Source: the human T2T-CHM13v2.0 reference genome, Homo sapiens
Direction: 5' to 3' (one strand)
Assembly: GCF_009914755.1 (NCBI RefSeq)
Contig: NC_060927.1
Length of the DNA stretch: 64,000 nt
Shown: positions 37,711 to 51,470 of the stretch, piece by piece
How positions within the stretch are numbered: position 1 is the first letter of the stretch
How the letters are laid out: every line of letters begins with the position of its first letter
Made by a program: the position numbers and the translations under genes
Notes under the pieces: generated by a model
What the model was told of the DNA's origin: nothing
The model's input: the letters and a program-made list of their open reading frames with translations, nothing else
Database searches by the model: none

Positions 37711-40700
37711 TTTAAAATAAATTTATTTTTTATTTCCATAGGTTTTTTGGGGAACAAGTGTGTTTGGTTACATGAATAAGTTCTTTAGTGGTGGTTTCTG
37801 AGATTTTGGTGCACCCATCGCCCAGGCAGTATACCCTGTACCCAATTTGTAGTCTTTTATCCATCACCATCTTCCACTCTTCTCCCTAGGTCTCCAAAGT
37901 CCATTGTATCGTTCTGATGCCTTTGCATCCTCATAGCTTAGCTCCCACTTATGAATGAGAACATACGATGTTTGGTTTTCCCATCTTGAGTTACTTCATT
38001 TAGAATAATGGTCTCTGATTCCATCCAGGTTTCTCTGAATGCCGTTATTTTGTTCCTTTTTATGGCTGAGTAGTATTCCATGGTATGTATGTGTGTATAT
38101 CACAATTTATGTATCCACTCATTGATTGATGGGCATTTGGGCTGGTTCCATATTTTTGCAATTGCAAATCGTGCTGCTATAAACATGTGTGTACAAGTAA
38201 CTTTTTCGTATAATGACTTATTTTCCTGTGGGTAGATACCCAGTAGTGGGATTGTTGGATCAAATTTTAGTTCTACTTTTAGTTCTTTAAGGAATCTTAC
38301 GCTGTTTTCCACAGTGGCTGAGCTACTTTACATTCCCACCAGCAGTGTAAAAGTATTTCCTTTTCACCACATCCCTGCCAACATCTATTATTTTTTGATT
38401 TTCTTTTATTATGGCCATTCCTGCAAGAGTAAGATGTAATGGCATTGTGGTTTTGATTTACATTTCTCTGATCATTAGTGATGTTGAGCGTTTTTTTCAT
38501 GTTGTTGGCCATTTGTATAACTTTTTGTTTTGTTTTGTTTTTGAGATAGTATCTTGCTGTGTCACCCAGTCTGGAGTGCAGAGGTAAGATCTTGGCTTAC
38601 TGCAACATCAGCCTCCTGGGTTCAAGTGATTCTCCTGCCTCAGCCCCCTAGTAGCTGGGATTACAGGCATGTGCCACCACACTGAGCTAATTTTCATATT
38701 TTAGTAGAGACGGTGTTTCACCAGATTGGTCAGGCTGGACTTAAACTCCTGACCTCAGGTGATCTGCCCACCTTGGCCTCCTAAAGTGCTGGTATTACAG
38801 GCATGAGCCACCATGCCCGGCCCATTTGTATATCTTCTTTTGAGAATTGTCTGTTCATATCCTTAGCCCACTTTTGGATGGGATTGTTTTTTTCTTGCTG
38901 ATTCGTTTGAGTTCCCTAGATTCCTGATATTAGTCCTTTGTCAGATGTATAGATTATGAAGATTTTCTTGCACTCTGTGGTTTGTCTGTTTACTCTGCTG
39001 ATTACTTCTTTCACTGTGTGGAAACTTTTTAGTTTAATTAAGTCCCATCTATTTATCTTTGTTTTTGTTGCATTTGCTTTTGGGTTTTTGGTCATAAAGT
39101 CTTTGTGTAAGCCAATGTCTAGAGGGGTTTTTCCAATGATATCTTCTAGAATTTTTATTGTTTCAGGTCTTAGATTTAAGTCCTTGATTCATCTGGAGTT
39201 GAGTTTTGTATAAGGTGGGAGATGAGGATTCAGGTTCATTCTTCTACATGTGGCTTGCCAATTATCCCAGCACCATTTGTTGAAGGGAGTGTCCTTTCCC
39301 CACTTTATGCTTTTATTTGCTTTGTCAAAGATCAGTTGGCTTTAAGTATTTGGCATTATTTCTAGGTTCTCTATTATTTTCCATTGATCTATGTTCTTAT
39401 CTTATTCAAAAACCTTGTCTTTGAGTCTTCAAGCTCTGAAGTTCTGTCTTCTGCTTGTTCGATTCTATTGCTGAGACTTTTCAGTGCATTTTGCAATTCT
39501 CTAAGTGTGTCCTCCATTTCCAGGAGTTGTGATCATTTTTTATTTATGCTGTCTATTTTTCACTGAAGATATTTTTCATTCATATCCTGTATCATGTTTT
39601 TGATTTCTTTAATTTGGACTTCACCTTTCTCTGACACCTCCTTGATTCGCTTAAGAGTTGTCTTTCTGAATTCTTTTTCTGGCAGTTCAGAGATTTTGTC
39701 TCTGTTTGGATCCATTGCTGGTGAGTGAGTGTGATCTTTTGTGGGTGTTAAAGAACCTTGTTTGGCCATATTACCAGAATTGTTTTCCTGGATTCTTCTC
39801 ATTTGGGTAGACTATGTCAGAGGGAAGATCTGAGGTACAAGGGCTGCTGTTCGGTTTCTTTTGTCCTGTGGAGTGTTCCATTGATATAGTGCTCTTCCCC
39901 TTTTTCTAGGGATGTGGCTTCTTGAGAGCCAAACTGCAGTGATTGTTATTTCTCTTCTGGATCTAGCTACCAAGCAGAGCTACCTGGCTCCAGGCTGGTA
40001 CTGGGTGGTATCTGCACAGAAACCTGTAATGTGAACCATCTTCAGATTTCTCAGCAGTGGATAGTAGCATCTGCTCTGGTGGAGGTGGCAGGGGAACAAA
40101 ATGGTCTCTGTGTGGGTCCTTAGTTGTAGTTTTATTTATTGCACCAGTTTTGTGCTCGTTGGCCTCGAGCCAGTAGGTGGCACTCTCAAGAGAGCATCAA
40201 CTGTGGTAGTATAGGGAGGATCAGGTGGTGGGTGGGGCTCTAGAGCTCTGAAGATAATATGTTATTTGTCTTTGGCTACTAGGGCAGGTAGAGAAAGACC
40301 ATCAGGTTGGGGCTGGACTAGGTATGTCTGAGCTCAGACTCTCCTTGGGCAGGGCTTGCCGCATCTGCTGTGGGGGGATCCGGGTGTGGTTCTCAGGCCA
40401 ATGGAGTTATGTTCCCAGGAGGATTACAGCTGCTTCTGCTGTTCCGTGCAGGTCACCAGGGAAGTAGGGGAAAGCCAGCAGTTACAGGCCTCACCTAGCT
40501 CCCATGCAACACAAAGGCCCATCTCAGTCTCACAGTGCCCCCATTAATAGCACCGCGTTTGTTTCCGGGCAACGGGTGAGCAGGGTTGAGAATCTGTCTT
40601 ATGCTACCAGCCCTCTGGCTGTGAAAGTAAGCAGAGTTTTCAGGTTTCATGCCTCCCTGGCTGCTGTGGCTTCTGTGCTGTGTCTGCACTCCAGATTCAC

Positions 40701-41237
40701 CCCTGCCCCCGAGTCCTGTCCAGGAAACTCTGTTAGGTTGAAATCATTACAAAGTTCAGCTGGAAGTTTCTTTCTCCCTGTGGTCTTTTCCCAGTTCCTC
40801 TAGCAGCCCTCCCCAAGGACCTCTGCAAGGCAAAGTCATAAATGGCTTTCCGGGGACTGAGAGAACCCACGGGGCTCTTCCCACTGCTTCTTCTACCCCT
40901 GTATTTTGCTCAGCTCTCTAAAATTGTCTCAGCTTCAGATAAGGTCAGATTCTTCTCTTGTGATCTGGACCTTCAGGTTCCCCAGTGAGGGTGTGTGTTC
41001 AGGGGTGGACGATCCCCCTTTCACACTTTCACACTTAGGGTACTCACAGTTGTTGGGCTGTCCCCAGGGGGCCTTCAGGAGCAATCAACTTCCTTCAAAG
41101 AGTCTGTGGATTCTCTCGGCTTTTCTGGTATGTTCCTGCAGTAGTTCTTGGAGCAAAAGTTCACAATGTGAGTCTCCACAAGCTACTCTGTCTGAGTGAG
41201 AGATGAAATTTAGTTCTGCCTCCTATCTACCATTTTT
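37711..41237 (-). mobile_element. L1PB with both termini, large internal deletion (mid-ORF1 joined to late ORF2 at ~39400), inserted in an L2
   Basis: L1PB-type 3' UTR at ~37720-38000, ORF2 C-terminus (e.g. [20 protein letters not shown]), ORF1 N-terminus (ORF 39560-39802, ELPEKEFRK) and 5' UTR to 41237. 12-bp TSD ctttgcatttca at 37699-37710 and 41238-41249. Confidence 0.88.
38522..38822 (-). mobile_element. AluS nested in the L1PB
   Basis: Antisense Alu with (TTTTG)n tail. TSD ccatttgtata(a/t)ct. Confidence 0.92.
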
Positions 41238-42336
41238 CTTTGCATTTCAGAAAGGTGTTTCTGGATGTATTACAGAGGATAGATGGAAGGTACAGAAATT
41301 TGGAGAAGGGGAGTTGTCATAGTAAGAGAGAAGTACTGATGGCCGAACTGAAGTGATTTGCGAGAACAAAACAGAGAGGGATAGGGAAATAGGGAATGAT
41401 GTGGAGGTTAGAGATTCACCATAGAGTATTGGTAGTTTAAAATCATTCATGGTTGGAAGAGCCACAACACATAAATTAGCAAACACAAAAAATGACTTTT
41501 TTTTTTTTTTTTTTTTTTGGAGAGCTCTTGGTTAAATATTTACCGGCATATGTCACTGAGAATATATTTGGAATAGAAACAAATTTATATTCTATATTTC
41601 TTTAGCTTGTAAAGATAGTCATATATTATGTTAGTGGCACTGAGAGCAAACTACCTACTAAATTGTTTTCATTATTTGGAGTCTTTTACAAAGACCATCC
41701 CTTTTCTCTGTTTTGCAAGGAAAAAAAATAAAGGAAAAGGGTTGCGTTTAGGGGTTATCACATGACTGGAAAAAGTGTTGAAAAGTCCTCTGCAGGTCTC
41801 TGCAGCTTCAGGCAGCTTCTGAGTTGCCAAGTATATTTATTTATATGGGCTCAGAGGGGCTTTATGGTTAGAGTTGTATACTGTGTGAATTTTTGAGTTT
41901 TATAATATGAACAAATGAAAGAAATACATTCTAAAGAATGGAGTTATATTAAGAATGTTGCCTGAAATAATAGTCCCTGTAATAAAAAATAAAGGATAAT
42001 GCTATAATTTGAATGGATTTTTGAGGGTGTATATAAGTTACAATTATTAATATATGGCTCTATAGAAAGCCACTCATAAATAGATGTATTTATAATGTTG
42101 ACCTGGTCTTTCCATTATGAATACAGATAACTACTTTTAGTGTCTTTCTCTGATCATGAGTGCATTTATAATAGATTAGCTGATGTAATTATTTAAAGTT
42201 TATTCTGTAAGTAGTCATAGAAATGAGACTTTGATACTGGAAGTAACTATCATAAAATGCATTAAGACCCTTTTCTTCCATTTTCCGTATTAGATATATT
42301 TAAGTTCTGTATGCTATAGCCGCATACAGAACTAAC

Positions 42337-42615
42337 TTCCTTCCTTCCTTCTTTCCTTCCTTCCTTTTCCTTTCCTTTCTTCCTTTTATTTCCATCCTAC
42401 TTCCTTCATTCACTCTTTGTTTCTTTATTAGGTCTTAAATTAAAATTTAGAGTTAATTTAATCACATGCCTCAAACATTTAAAAATCAAATAAAAATTCA
42501 CAGTGGAAAATATTTTCACATTTCTGGTCCTTCATCCTTCCTGTTCCCATTTCCTTCTTCCTCACAAGTGACAAGCATGGCACATCAAATCACAGCTTTA
42601 ACCAGACTCCTATGC

Positions 42616-42670
<55 letters not shown>

Positions 42671-42830
42671 TAGTTATAAGCATGTATATAAATATAAATA
42701 TATATATTTATATTTAAATCTTATCTACAGATTGATCTATAGATCTATCTTATCTATCTTAAATGTCTGTGTATTTAGATTTAGATTTAGATCTTATCCA
42801 TATATAGATCTTATCTATATATATATTTTA
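42337..42830. repeat. Simple-repeat cluster: (TTCC)n, (TA)n(GA)n, and a TAGA/TATC-rich tract
   Basis: Direct reading: 42337-42410, 42617-42670 and 42680-42830. Confidence 0.85.
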
Positions 42831-43100
42831 TGACAACTATGAAAATAACTGTTATTTTGCATTTTAAGTATTAATTTGTCTACTTACTTTTAGTAAGGAT
42901 CAAGATGCAGTCTAGAAAATGATCTCAAACATCCCTCACTTATGCCTGGTAAAATTTACTCATAGGTTCTTGAGGATCTACCTTCCAACAGGCCAACCAA
43001 TCAGAAACCTAGTAGGATTTGAATAGGTCTGCCTTACGTTCCACCTAGGAATTAACAAGGGTGACAGAGCTGAGATTTATCAGAAGGTAAAACAAAAATT

Positions 43101-43413
43101 GGCTGAGCACGGTGGCTCACACCTGTAATCCCAGCACTTTGCGGGGCTGAGGCGGGCAGATCACGAGGTCAGGAGATGAGACCATCCTGGCTAACACGGT
43201 GAAACCCCGTCTCCACTAAAAATACAAAAAAAATTAGCTGGGCGTGGTAAGTGGGTGCCTGCAGTCCCAGCTACTTGGGAGGCTGAGGCAGGAGAATGGG
43301 GTGAATCCGGGAGGCGGAGGTGGTAGTGAGCCGAGATCGTGCCACTGCTTGGGCGACAGAGAGAGACTCCGTCTCAAAAAAAAAAAAAAAAAAAGAAAAA
43401 GAAAAAGAAAAAA
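43101..43413 (+). mobile_element. AluY (older, CpG-decayed)
   Basis: 'gatcacgaggtcaggagat', 'accatcctggctaacacggtgaaacc' and 'gagaatggggtgaa', with an A-rich tail. Confidence 0.92.
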
Positions 43414-45045
43414 GGGGGGAATGAGATAGCTTCCAAAGTGAGGGAGAACAGCAGGAACAAGCCTTTGAAAGAATTGTACCTTTCTACATGGCCTCTGCTT
43501 TCCTTCTGCCAAGCAGTTCTCCAAAATGAGAAGGTTAAGAAACTTTGTCACAGACACAAGGACATATGTGTATAGAACCAAGAACTCCCAAGATAGGGGA
43601 AAAGAAAACAACTCTAGGAATCCCAGGGTATGGTTCAAAAAAGAATGAAAATAATTTGATTTTAAAGAGATCTGAATATGTTATCCACCCCAAAAGTATA
43701 TTTCACAACTATCCAGTTTAGTGATATGCAAGTTTGACTTCTTGGTTTCATGTTAATAAACACACCAGCAGCTTTCTGATAAAGAATATGTAGATCTCAC
43801 ACCTAGTCTAGCAATATTAATAAAATATACTTTTTCTAATCTTCTATTTTATAAAAAACATTGTTGACATAACCTTTCTATTGTAGTTCATTTTTGGCTC
43901 CACTTATTTTTCGACCTGTCTTTTTCTTACTTATATGTTTTTTCGTATCACATTTATCTTTGTTATACATCATAAATTCTTTATTTTTAGAGAAACATTG
44001 CATATGGTTGAATTACAAAAGTAAATTATTCAAGTAGAGAAATGTTGATGGTGACATTTCATTTGAAAATTGTTTCTGGAACAATATGGTTACAGGTAAG
44101 TAAATTAAATAAGGCCCATAGGGAAATGTTAGAACACACATTTCATCCAGGATATAGCCACTTGAATGTCTTGAGGTCAATTGTTTACCCAGAAATACCA
44201 ATAGTATCTGCTTGCTCCCTGGCTTGCTGAGTGGGTGTACATTCTCTTCTCTCCTCCTTTACCCCTTCTCCTTTGTAAACGTACACTGTTTTAAAATCTC
44301 GGATGCACAGACAGAAGATCATGACTCATAAATTTTGTTTTGTTTGGTTTTGATTCAGAATTATATACCTGTTGGATTGTACTCAATAGTAAACTTTGCA
44401 GAAGTATATGAAGCAAAACCTCATTATATTTACCAAAATGTAAACATAGAGATTGTTGATTGAAATAAACAGACTTCAAAACAGTATATATAATATCACA
44501 TTTGTTTGTTAAACAAATATACATTTTTTTAAAAAGTATTTCTTTCACAGAGTAAGATCTGGGAAGACATCCACTAAGATATTAGCAGTGTAGATCTCAG
44601 GGTGATAAGAATATTTCTTATTTATTTTTCAAAAACTTCATTGTAGCATAAATTACCATTCTATGAACTCAGATGTATCAAGTGTAAACCGCTTCACTAC
44701 TCACACGTACATTATATTCTACTAGTAATCATTAATATTGCAGGCTTCTTACATTAGTGTTATTACAAAAACCAATTTTATGAAAATAAAAAAATTAATA
44801 AAAGCAACCAGTCAGAGAATGTGCCAGAACAGTGCTTGATGCTGGGATATAATAAAGAGCCAAATACCTATAGTCTTTTTTTCTCATGATGCTCAGAGGC
44901 TAGTGGGACAGAAAAACAGACAAACCGATTAAGGGTTGCACTTACCACAGTGTATAGCCATAGAAATGTACAATCTGTTCACTTTAATGTATACATGTTT
45001 GGTATCTTAGAGGCTACTCATAATTTAAATTTAAAATAAATTTCA

Positions 45046-45350
45046 GGTTGAGCATGGTGGCCCATGCCTATAAACCTAGCACTTTGGGAGGCCAAGACGA
45101 GAGAACGGCGTGAGCCCAGGAATTTGAGACAAGCTTGGGCAGCATGGCAAGACCCCATCTCTATAAAAAATTTAAAGGTCAGCCAAGCACGATGGCGTGT
45201 GCCTGTGGTGACAGCTATCTGGGAGGCTGAGGTGGGAGAATCACATGAGCTCAGGAGGTTGAGGCTACAATGAGCCATGTTTGTACCACTGCACTCCAGG
45301 CTGGGTGACAGAGTGAGAACCTGCATCAAAAAAATTAAAAGTATAAACAT
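45046..45350 (+). mobile_element. AluJ
   Basis: 'tgagcccaggaatttgagacaagcttgggcagcatggcaagaccccatctcta' is J-type. Confidence 0.9.
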
Positions 45351-46788
45351 AAATAAAATACATTTAATGGGAGATCAAATAAGCAGCTAGACCTCATAAG
45401 AATCTGAATAAACCATTTCTGATATTATTGATCTACACGATGCATTGAAAAGTGAATTTATATCCCTCCAAAAAACTTTTATGTGGGCATGTGAATTTGT
45501 ATATGCTTTCAGAAAAAACATGATATCCGACAATACCTATTATTTGAATCTAGCTTTTCACTTAATATTCCTAGGGCAGTTTTCCATATCATCATATAAA
45601 TCTACTTTATTCTTTTAAATTCTGCATTAAGCTTGGCAATTTATTTAACCAGTGATCAACATTGATTTCAAGTTTCTTGTTATTAAACACATTTCATGGA
45701 ATATCTAATATCTATGTATCCATATATTTTTGTGGTCTGTGTAATATAATTGTAAAATAAATTTCTAAATTGGTAATTATGGCTAAAGAGTGTTAAATAT
45801 TAATTTAAATAAATAGGTCCAAATTGTCCTTTAAACAATTTTGCCTCTACTATCTGTGTATGAAAGTTTTTGCTTTATCACACTAATTTTGTCAGGTTAT
45901 TTATTATTTAGTAAATTTCTTTGCATATTTTAATTCTAAATACAGTTAAACATATTTTCAGATTTTTGTTAAATTTTTTAGTAAATTAACATTTGCTTTT
46001 TTCTCATTCCTTTCACTCCACATTCATTTCACAATATTTGTTTATGGCCAATAATGTGCTAAGCATAATTAGAGATACTAGAAGCATAACAGTCAAAAAA
46101 CAGAAGAAAACATTTTCCTCATAGAACCTATATTATAGAAGAAAGACAAAAAAGAACAATATAGATACTATAGTATTAAAAATGTTAGGTGGTGATAAGC
46201 TCAATGGTGAAAAAATGATTAAGAAAAATGGGATAGGAAATGTGAGGCATGAGGTTGGGCTATTGGGTAGCACATTCAGTGAAGGCTTCAGAGAAGGTGA
46301 CCTTTGCATAAAGACCATAGGAGGTAACAGGAAAGTGATGTTATATCCAGGCCAAGAACAGCCCATACTCAGGACCTGCAGGTGCAAAGACTCTGAGCAA
46401 AGATCAACCCAGGATGCTAGAGTTGCTGGAGCTGAGCAAGCAAGGGAGGGGAGCCTTGCAGGACTCAAGATCAGCTTAGTAAAGAGAGGCCAAACCAAGG
46501 AGGGTGCTACAGGACTTTGCAGGCCATTTTAAGGAAACTTGCCTTTCATTCTGAGTATGATGGAAAGCCCTTTGAGGTTTTGAGAGAGAAGTAATCTATG
46601 ACTCAGGTTTTTCACAGGATCACTCCAATTGTTGTACTGAGATTCAACTGTGGGGTGGAAGGAGTGCAAAAGCATGGGCAGGGAGACCAGGGGAAAGGTT
46701 ACTGCAGTAAATCATGGTAGAGACTCTGATGCCTTGGGCCTGAGTAGTAGGAGTGGAAGGGGTAACAAGTGGTCAGATTCTGAATATG

Positions 46789-47530
46789 CAGATGGTTCCT
46801 GACTTATGGTTTTACTTAATGATTTCTTGACTCTAAGATAGTGCAAAAATGATACTCATTGAGTAGAAACTGTACTTCCAATATACATACAACGATTCTG
46901 TTTTTCACTTGCAGTATAATATTCAATGAATTAAATGAGATATTCAGTACTTTATTATAAAATAGGCTTTGTATTAGATATTTCCCAACTGTAGGTTAAT
47001 GTAAGTGTTCTGAGCAGGTTTAAGGTAGGCTAAACTCAGCTACAATGTTTAGTTGGTTAGGTGTTGATATGATTTGGCTCTGTGTCCCAACCCAAATCTC
47101 ATCTCAATTATTAATCCCCATGTGTGGGGGAAGGGACCTGGTGGAGGGGGGGCGGTGACTGGATCATGGGGGCAGTTTCCCTCATGCTGTTCTTGTGATA
47201 ATGAAGGTATTCTCACAAGATCTCAGGTTGCAAAAGTTGCGGATTTCCCTGTGCCCTCTTTCTGTCTCTCCTGCTGCCTTGTGAAGACGTGCCTTGCTTC
47301 CCCTTCACCTTCCTCCATGATTGTAAGTTTCCTGAGGCCTCCCCAGCCATGCAGAGCTATGAGTAAATTAAACCTCTTTCCTGTATAAATTACCCAGACT
47401 TGGGTAGTATCTTTATAGCAGTGTGACAATGGACTAATACAGATGTATTAAATGCATTTTTTATTTCTGATATTTTTTACTTACCATGCCTTTATTGGGA
47501 TGTAACCCTTTGTAAGTCAAGGAGCATCTG
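46789..47530 (-). mobile_element. MER47A (Tigger-family MITE), interrupted by THE1D
   Basis: Termini 'cagatggttcctgactta' and 'taagtcaaggagcatctg'. Body 'tattataaaataggctttgtattagat...gtgttctgagca'. Confidence 0.85.
47065..47441 (+). mobile_element. THE1D MaLR solo LTR
   Basis: 'tgatatgatttggctctgtgtccc...ggactaataca'. 5-bp TSD ggtgt/gatgt. Confidence 0.9.
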
Positions 47531-48272
47531 TAAATATATAAAGTCACAGGATTTACTGATGGGTTGGTTATGGAATAAGAGACAATAATAAGGATGACTC
47601 TGATGTTTAGTAAGAGCTTTTGTGTAAGAAGGACATTAGATTTTGTCAGTCATTTGAAGTTGTTATGTGGTAATGTCCAATATGTCTTGTTAAGTGACCT
47701 TCACTTACACTAACTAACTAACAACTAACACTGTAATAGGCTGGCTGGTTGCAATTGTTGTGATAAGGTAATGTGGACTTTATTCATTGATTAATTAGAT
47801 AAATATATATATTGAATGCCTACATAGAATGGAAACACTATTCTAGGCTCTGGGTATACAATTTTAAGTAAGATACATAGATTCACCATAATCATAACAC
47901 ACATAGATCAGGAATGTTGAATCATTAGGCTACATTTATAATTAAACATAAGTGCTTATTCTATACAGATATTTAAAATATAGTTAATACCATAAAAATT
48001 GTAGGAATTATTTTCTATTTTCCACCTCCTATCTGGAGTATACTACTTATCCTTCTCTTTCCTAAGGCTGTGGGTCCCATCAAGCTCAGAAAATAAGGGC
48101 AGGAAAAACTAGACAACCTTAGCAATGCTTTCTAAGATTAAAAAAAATATAGTCAAGGCAAATATAATCACACTTCTGAGTTATGCTGTAAGTGGCAAAT
48201 AAAGTCAACAACAACAACAACAACAAAAAAACTAAACAAGAAAAACAAAACCAGTCTGATTGTCTCCTAGAT

Positions 48273-48496
48273 AAGTGGTCCTCAGTGGAATAAGGTGATG
48301 ATTTTGGCACCCAGGGGATATTTGGCCATGTCTGTAGACATTTTTGGTTGTCATAACTGGGTGGAAATTTGCCACTGACATTTAATGGGTAGAGGGCAAG
48401 GATCCTGATAAAAATCACACAATGCATGGAGCAAGTACTCACAGCAAAGGATCATCTGGCCCAAAATGTCAATAGTTCTGAGATTCTGAAACTCTG
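48273..48496 (+). mobile_element. MER20 (hAT-Charlie MITE)
   Basis: 'ggggatatttggccatgtctgtagacatttttggttgtcataactggg...ctggcccaaaatgtcaatag'. 8-bp TSD tcctagat/acctagat. Confidence 0.9.
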
Positions 48497-49566
48497 ACCT
48501 AGATAAAGGTTCTTAAAATATAAAATCTAAGTATTATGAATTAGCAAATAAAGCCCTACAACTATTAATGCTGGTTTATCTAAAATACTTATCTCTATGG
48601 ATGTTATCTACTTTGGTATTATTAGTCAAAATATTGAAGCAGATTAAATAAGCAACAAAATCTGAAAAGTATGTCATCACAAAATTAATTTTAAGATTAA
48701 CTATTTTGCCCAAGGTCATGAAGTGAAAATAAAAGAGATACAGCTGGAAAACATATCACATATCAAGACTTTGACTGTAGAGAGCTAAAGACAATGTGAA
48801 ATAAACCACCAATTCATCTGGGTTATACCGTGAAATCTACCCCTGTAAGCAGACCTGTATGGGAACTAAATTATAATCAGAAGATAACTTCATGAGTATG
48901 GAATTAAACATAAAAAGATTTATTTATTATCTAAATGATTACGTGTATGTTATACAATATCAAGTAAATAAACCATTTTAACCATCATTAAATCATAAAT
49001 GTTTTAACTATTGACAAAGATATTAAACATATTCCTAACATATGACTATAAATAAGCAATTACATAAGGAAACACTAAAGATATAATAACTAAAAATTCT
49101 GTGTCATTTAGAATGATTTTGTTGCAAGTTAAAAAAAAAGGCCTATCTCAAAATGTTGTGGACAATAAGTGGGTTTTCTAGTTCACATAACAAGAAGTCA
49201 AGAGGTGGTTTGGGTTGATCCTTAACTATATCATCAAGGGTTCAGGGTCTTTTGATCTTTCTGTTCTGACATGTTGACCTGTTGGCTCCTGTCCTTAAGC
49301 TTGTCCTTGTCCTTTTGTGGTTGTAAAAATGACTGCACCAGCACCAAGCACACATCATCAGATAATGGTATAAAACGTTACAAGAGGATTTCATATTTTT
49401 GTGTTCCTTTTAAAGAGAAAGAAATTCTCTTATTTGACCAATGAAACAAGAGGACGTTTCCTGCTTTAAAGGAAATTTCAAATTAGTCTCATTGATCAAA
49501 TAAGTCACATGCCCATTTTGTTAACAAATCTTTTATGGGAATGAAATGACCATGATTTTTCTGCAT

Positions 49567-51007
49567 CATTGGTTCACAAATTTTGGTCTCAGACCCCTTT
49601 ATAACCCTAAACATTATTAAAGATTTCTAAAAGTCTTTGTTAATGTGGTACATCTATCAATATTTACCCTATTTGAAGTTAAAATAATTTTTGATAATTG
49701 ATTTACTAATTAATTTTTAAATAATAAACCTATTACATAACATAAATATTTTATAAAATATCTATATTTTCAAAAAATATTTAAAGAGAAGGGTAGCATT
49801 GTTTTCCATTATTCCAAATCTCTTTAACATCTAATTTAGTATAAAACATTTAGATTCTCATATCTGTTTCTGCATTCAATCTCTTGTGAGGCATTCTTTT
49901 GGTTGAAGTATATAAAGAAAATCCAGCCTCACTGAGATATGTAGTTGAAAAGGGAGAATTTAATAATCTTTTCAAAATAATTGTAGCTATTCTTTAATAC
50001 TACATCAAAACTTGACATGTTTTAATATCTTAGAGGTTCATTGTAATGTGGAATCTGAAGCCATATCAATTACTTTTCTTACTATGTTACCTTAACAATC
50101 TATTTGTTTATTTTGCACTTTGAATGGGTCTTCTACACATGCATGATTTTGTAATAGCTTGAATTGATCATTTACAAAATATTTGTTTTCTGAATTATAC
50201 AGATATTCCAAGTGTTGACACATTTCCTTCTATGATATCAAAGCATCATATTTTAAATGTCTCCATTAATTTCATCCAAAGATCCGTTAAGAGTGAGGAA
50301 GCTGTGCATGCTCACAGTGGAGTATACGTTTTCTAAAATTCTAAATTTTGCTTAAAAGCCCAAATTTTATCATAGGCAACAAATGTTACACATTGACAGT
50401 TTATTGAGAAATGGCTGTTAAAAACTGAAGTCTGATAACCATAGCTTTTCTGTGGGTCATCTTTCAAATAAAAATGCTGCTCCATGAAAAAAACAGTGGT
50501 TAATTCAGCTCTCAACTTTAAAAATCAAACAAGCATTTTTCTGTGAAATAATCATTATACTTCAAAATGCAGTGTGTTTTCCATGTATAACAATAAACCT
50601 AATGTATTAATGAGTTTGTTTCTTCACAAGGAATTCCAAAATGACAAGCATTCAAGAGTCAAGTTTTAATAAAAGTAATAATTTGTACTGTTTCATGAAG
50701 AAAATTCTTAATGAAACTTGATATTCTTTCTGTCTTATTTTGAGTGTATGGTGGTGAACAATACAATGGCTATCGGCAGAGTTTTTGCCCTTGCCTTGCT
50801 TTGTGTTGAGGTGCTAGAAATTTTACCCAGCATTACTTTTGAGCTATCAGTTCAAATGTCAACACAATAACACAATAAAAAGGTAATTAGTTCATTACTA
50901 CTTGTATAAGAATAATTTTGATATTTTAAAATTATTCTTCTCATATTGATATTTGATTATTTGATAATATTGTGTATTGTCTGTAGACAACATTTTGAGA
51001 ACCACTG
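49567..51007 (-). mobile_element. Charlie1a-like hAT DNA transposon (~1.44 kb) inserted in an old MLT1 LTR (~49100-51155)
   Basis: TIR-like ends 'cattggttcacaaa' and 'tttgagaaccactg'. Body 'ttggtctcagaccccttta' and 'aaatgtcaacaca'. The length fits Charlie1a. Confidence 0.75.
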
Positions 51008-51339
51008 CTCCAAATTGAGATTCACCCATTGGGGTTAGAGTTTAACTGAGCGCCCTGGGAGCATATTCACCCATCACCTGAACAAGCCTATGGTTCTGTT
51101 AACAGGAACTATGGCATGATTGATGAGCAAGCAACTATTAACAACATTGTATGCCATGGTTTATACATTTAAGATAAGCTTAGTTTATTAAGTGAAACTA
51201 TTTTCTGTCAGGTGAAATAAGCCCTATGCCTGTCTGTAAAGTGAAATTTGAGAGTGGAAAACGTACATAGTATAAAATGTCTTACATATTGCTGTAAATT
51301 CAGTAATTTACAACCTTATTCCCTTACTGGTTAGATCTA

Positions 51340-51470
51340 TTTTAGTAGTATTCCTGATTTCATTACTTACTAACTGTGGATTTAGGTAAGTTGCTTTGCC
51401 TCTTTAGGTCTTAATTTTGTACATTTAAAGTGGATACCTTGTAACATGTTCTACTACGTGGTTATGGATA
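51340..51470 (+). mobile_element. MIR core
   Basis: 'cattacttactaactgtggatttaggtaagttgctttgcctcttt...aaagtggata'. Confidence 0.6.

Larger units (their letters stand above)
46010..47610 (-). mobile_element. L2 (antisense), host of MER47A
   Basis: L2 3' end 'cattcatttcacaatatttg...aatgtgctaagc' and body 'ggccattttaaggaaacttgcctttcattctgagtatgatggaaagcc'. It resumes after 47530. Confidence 0.75.
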
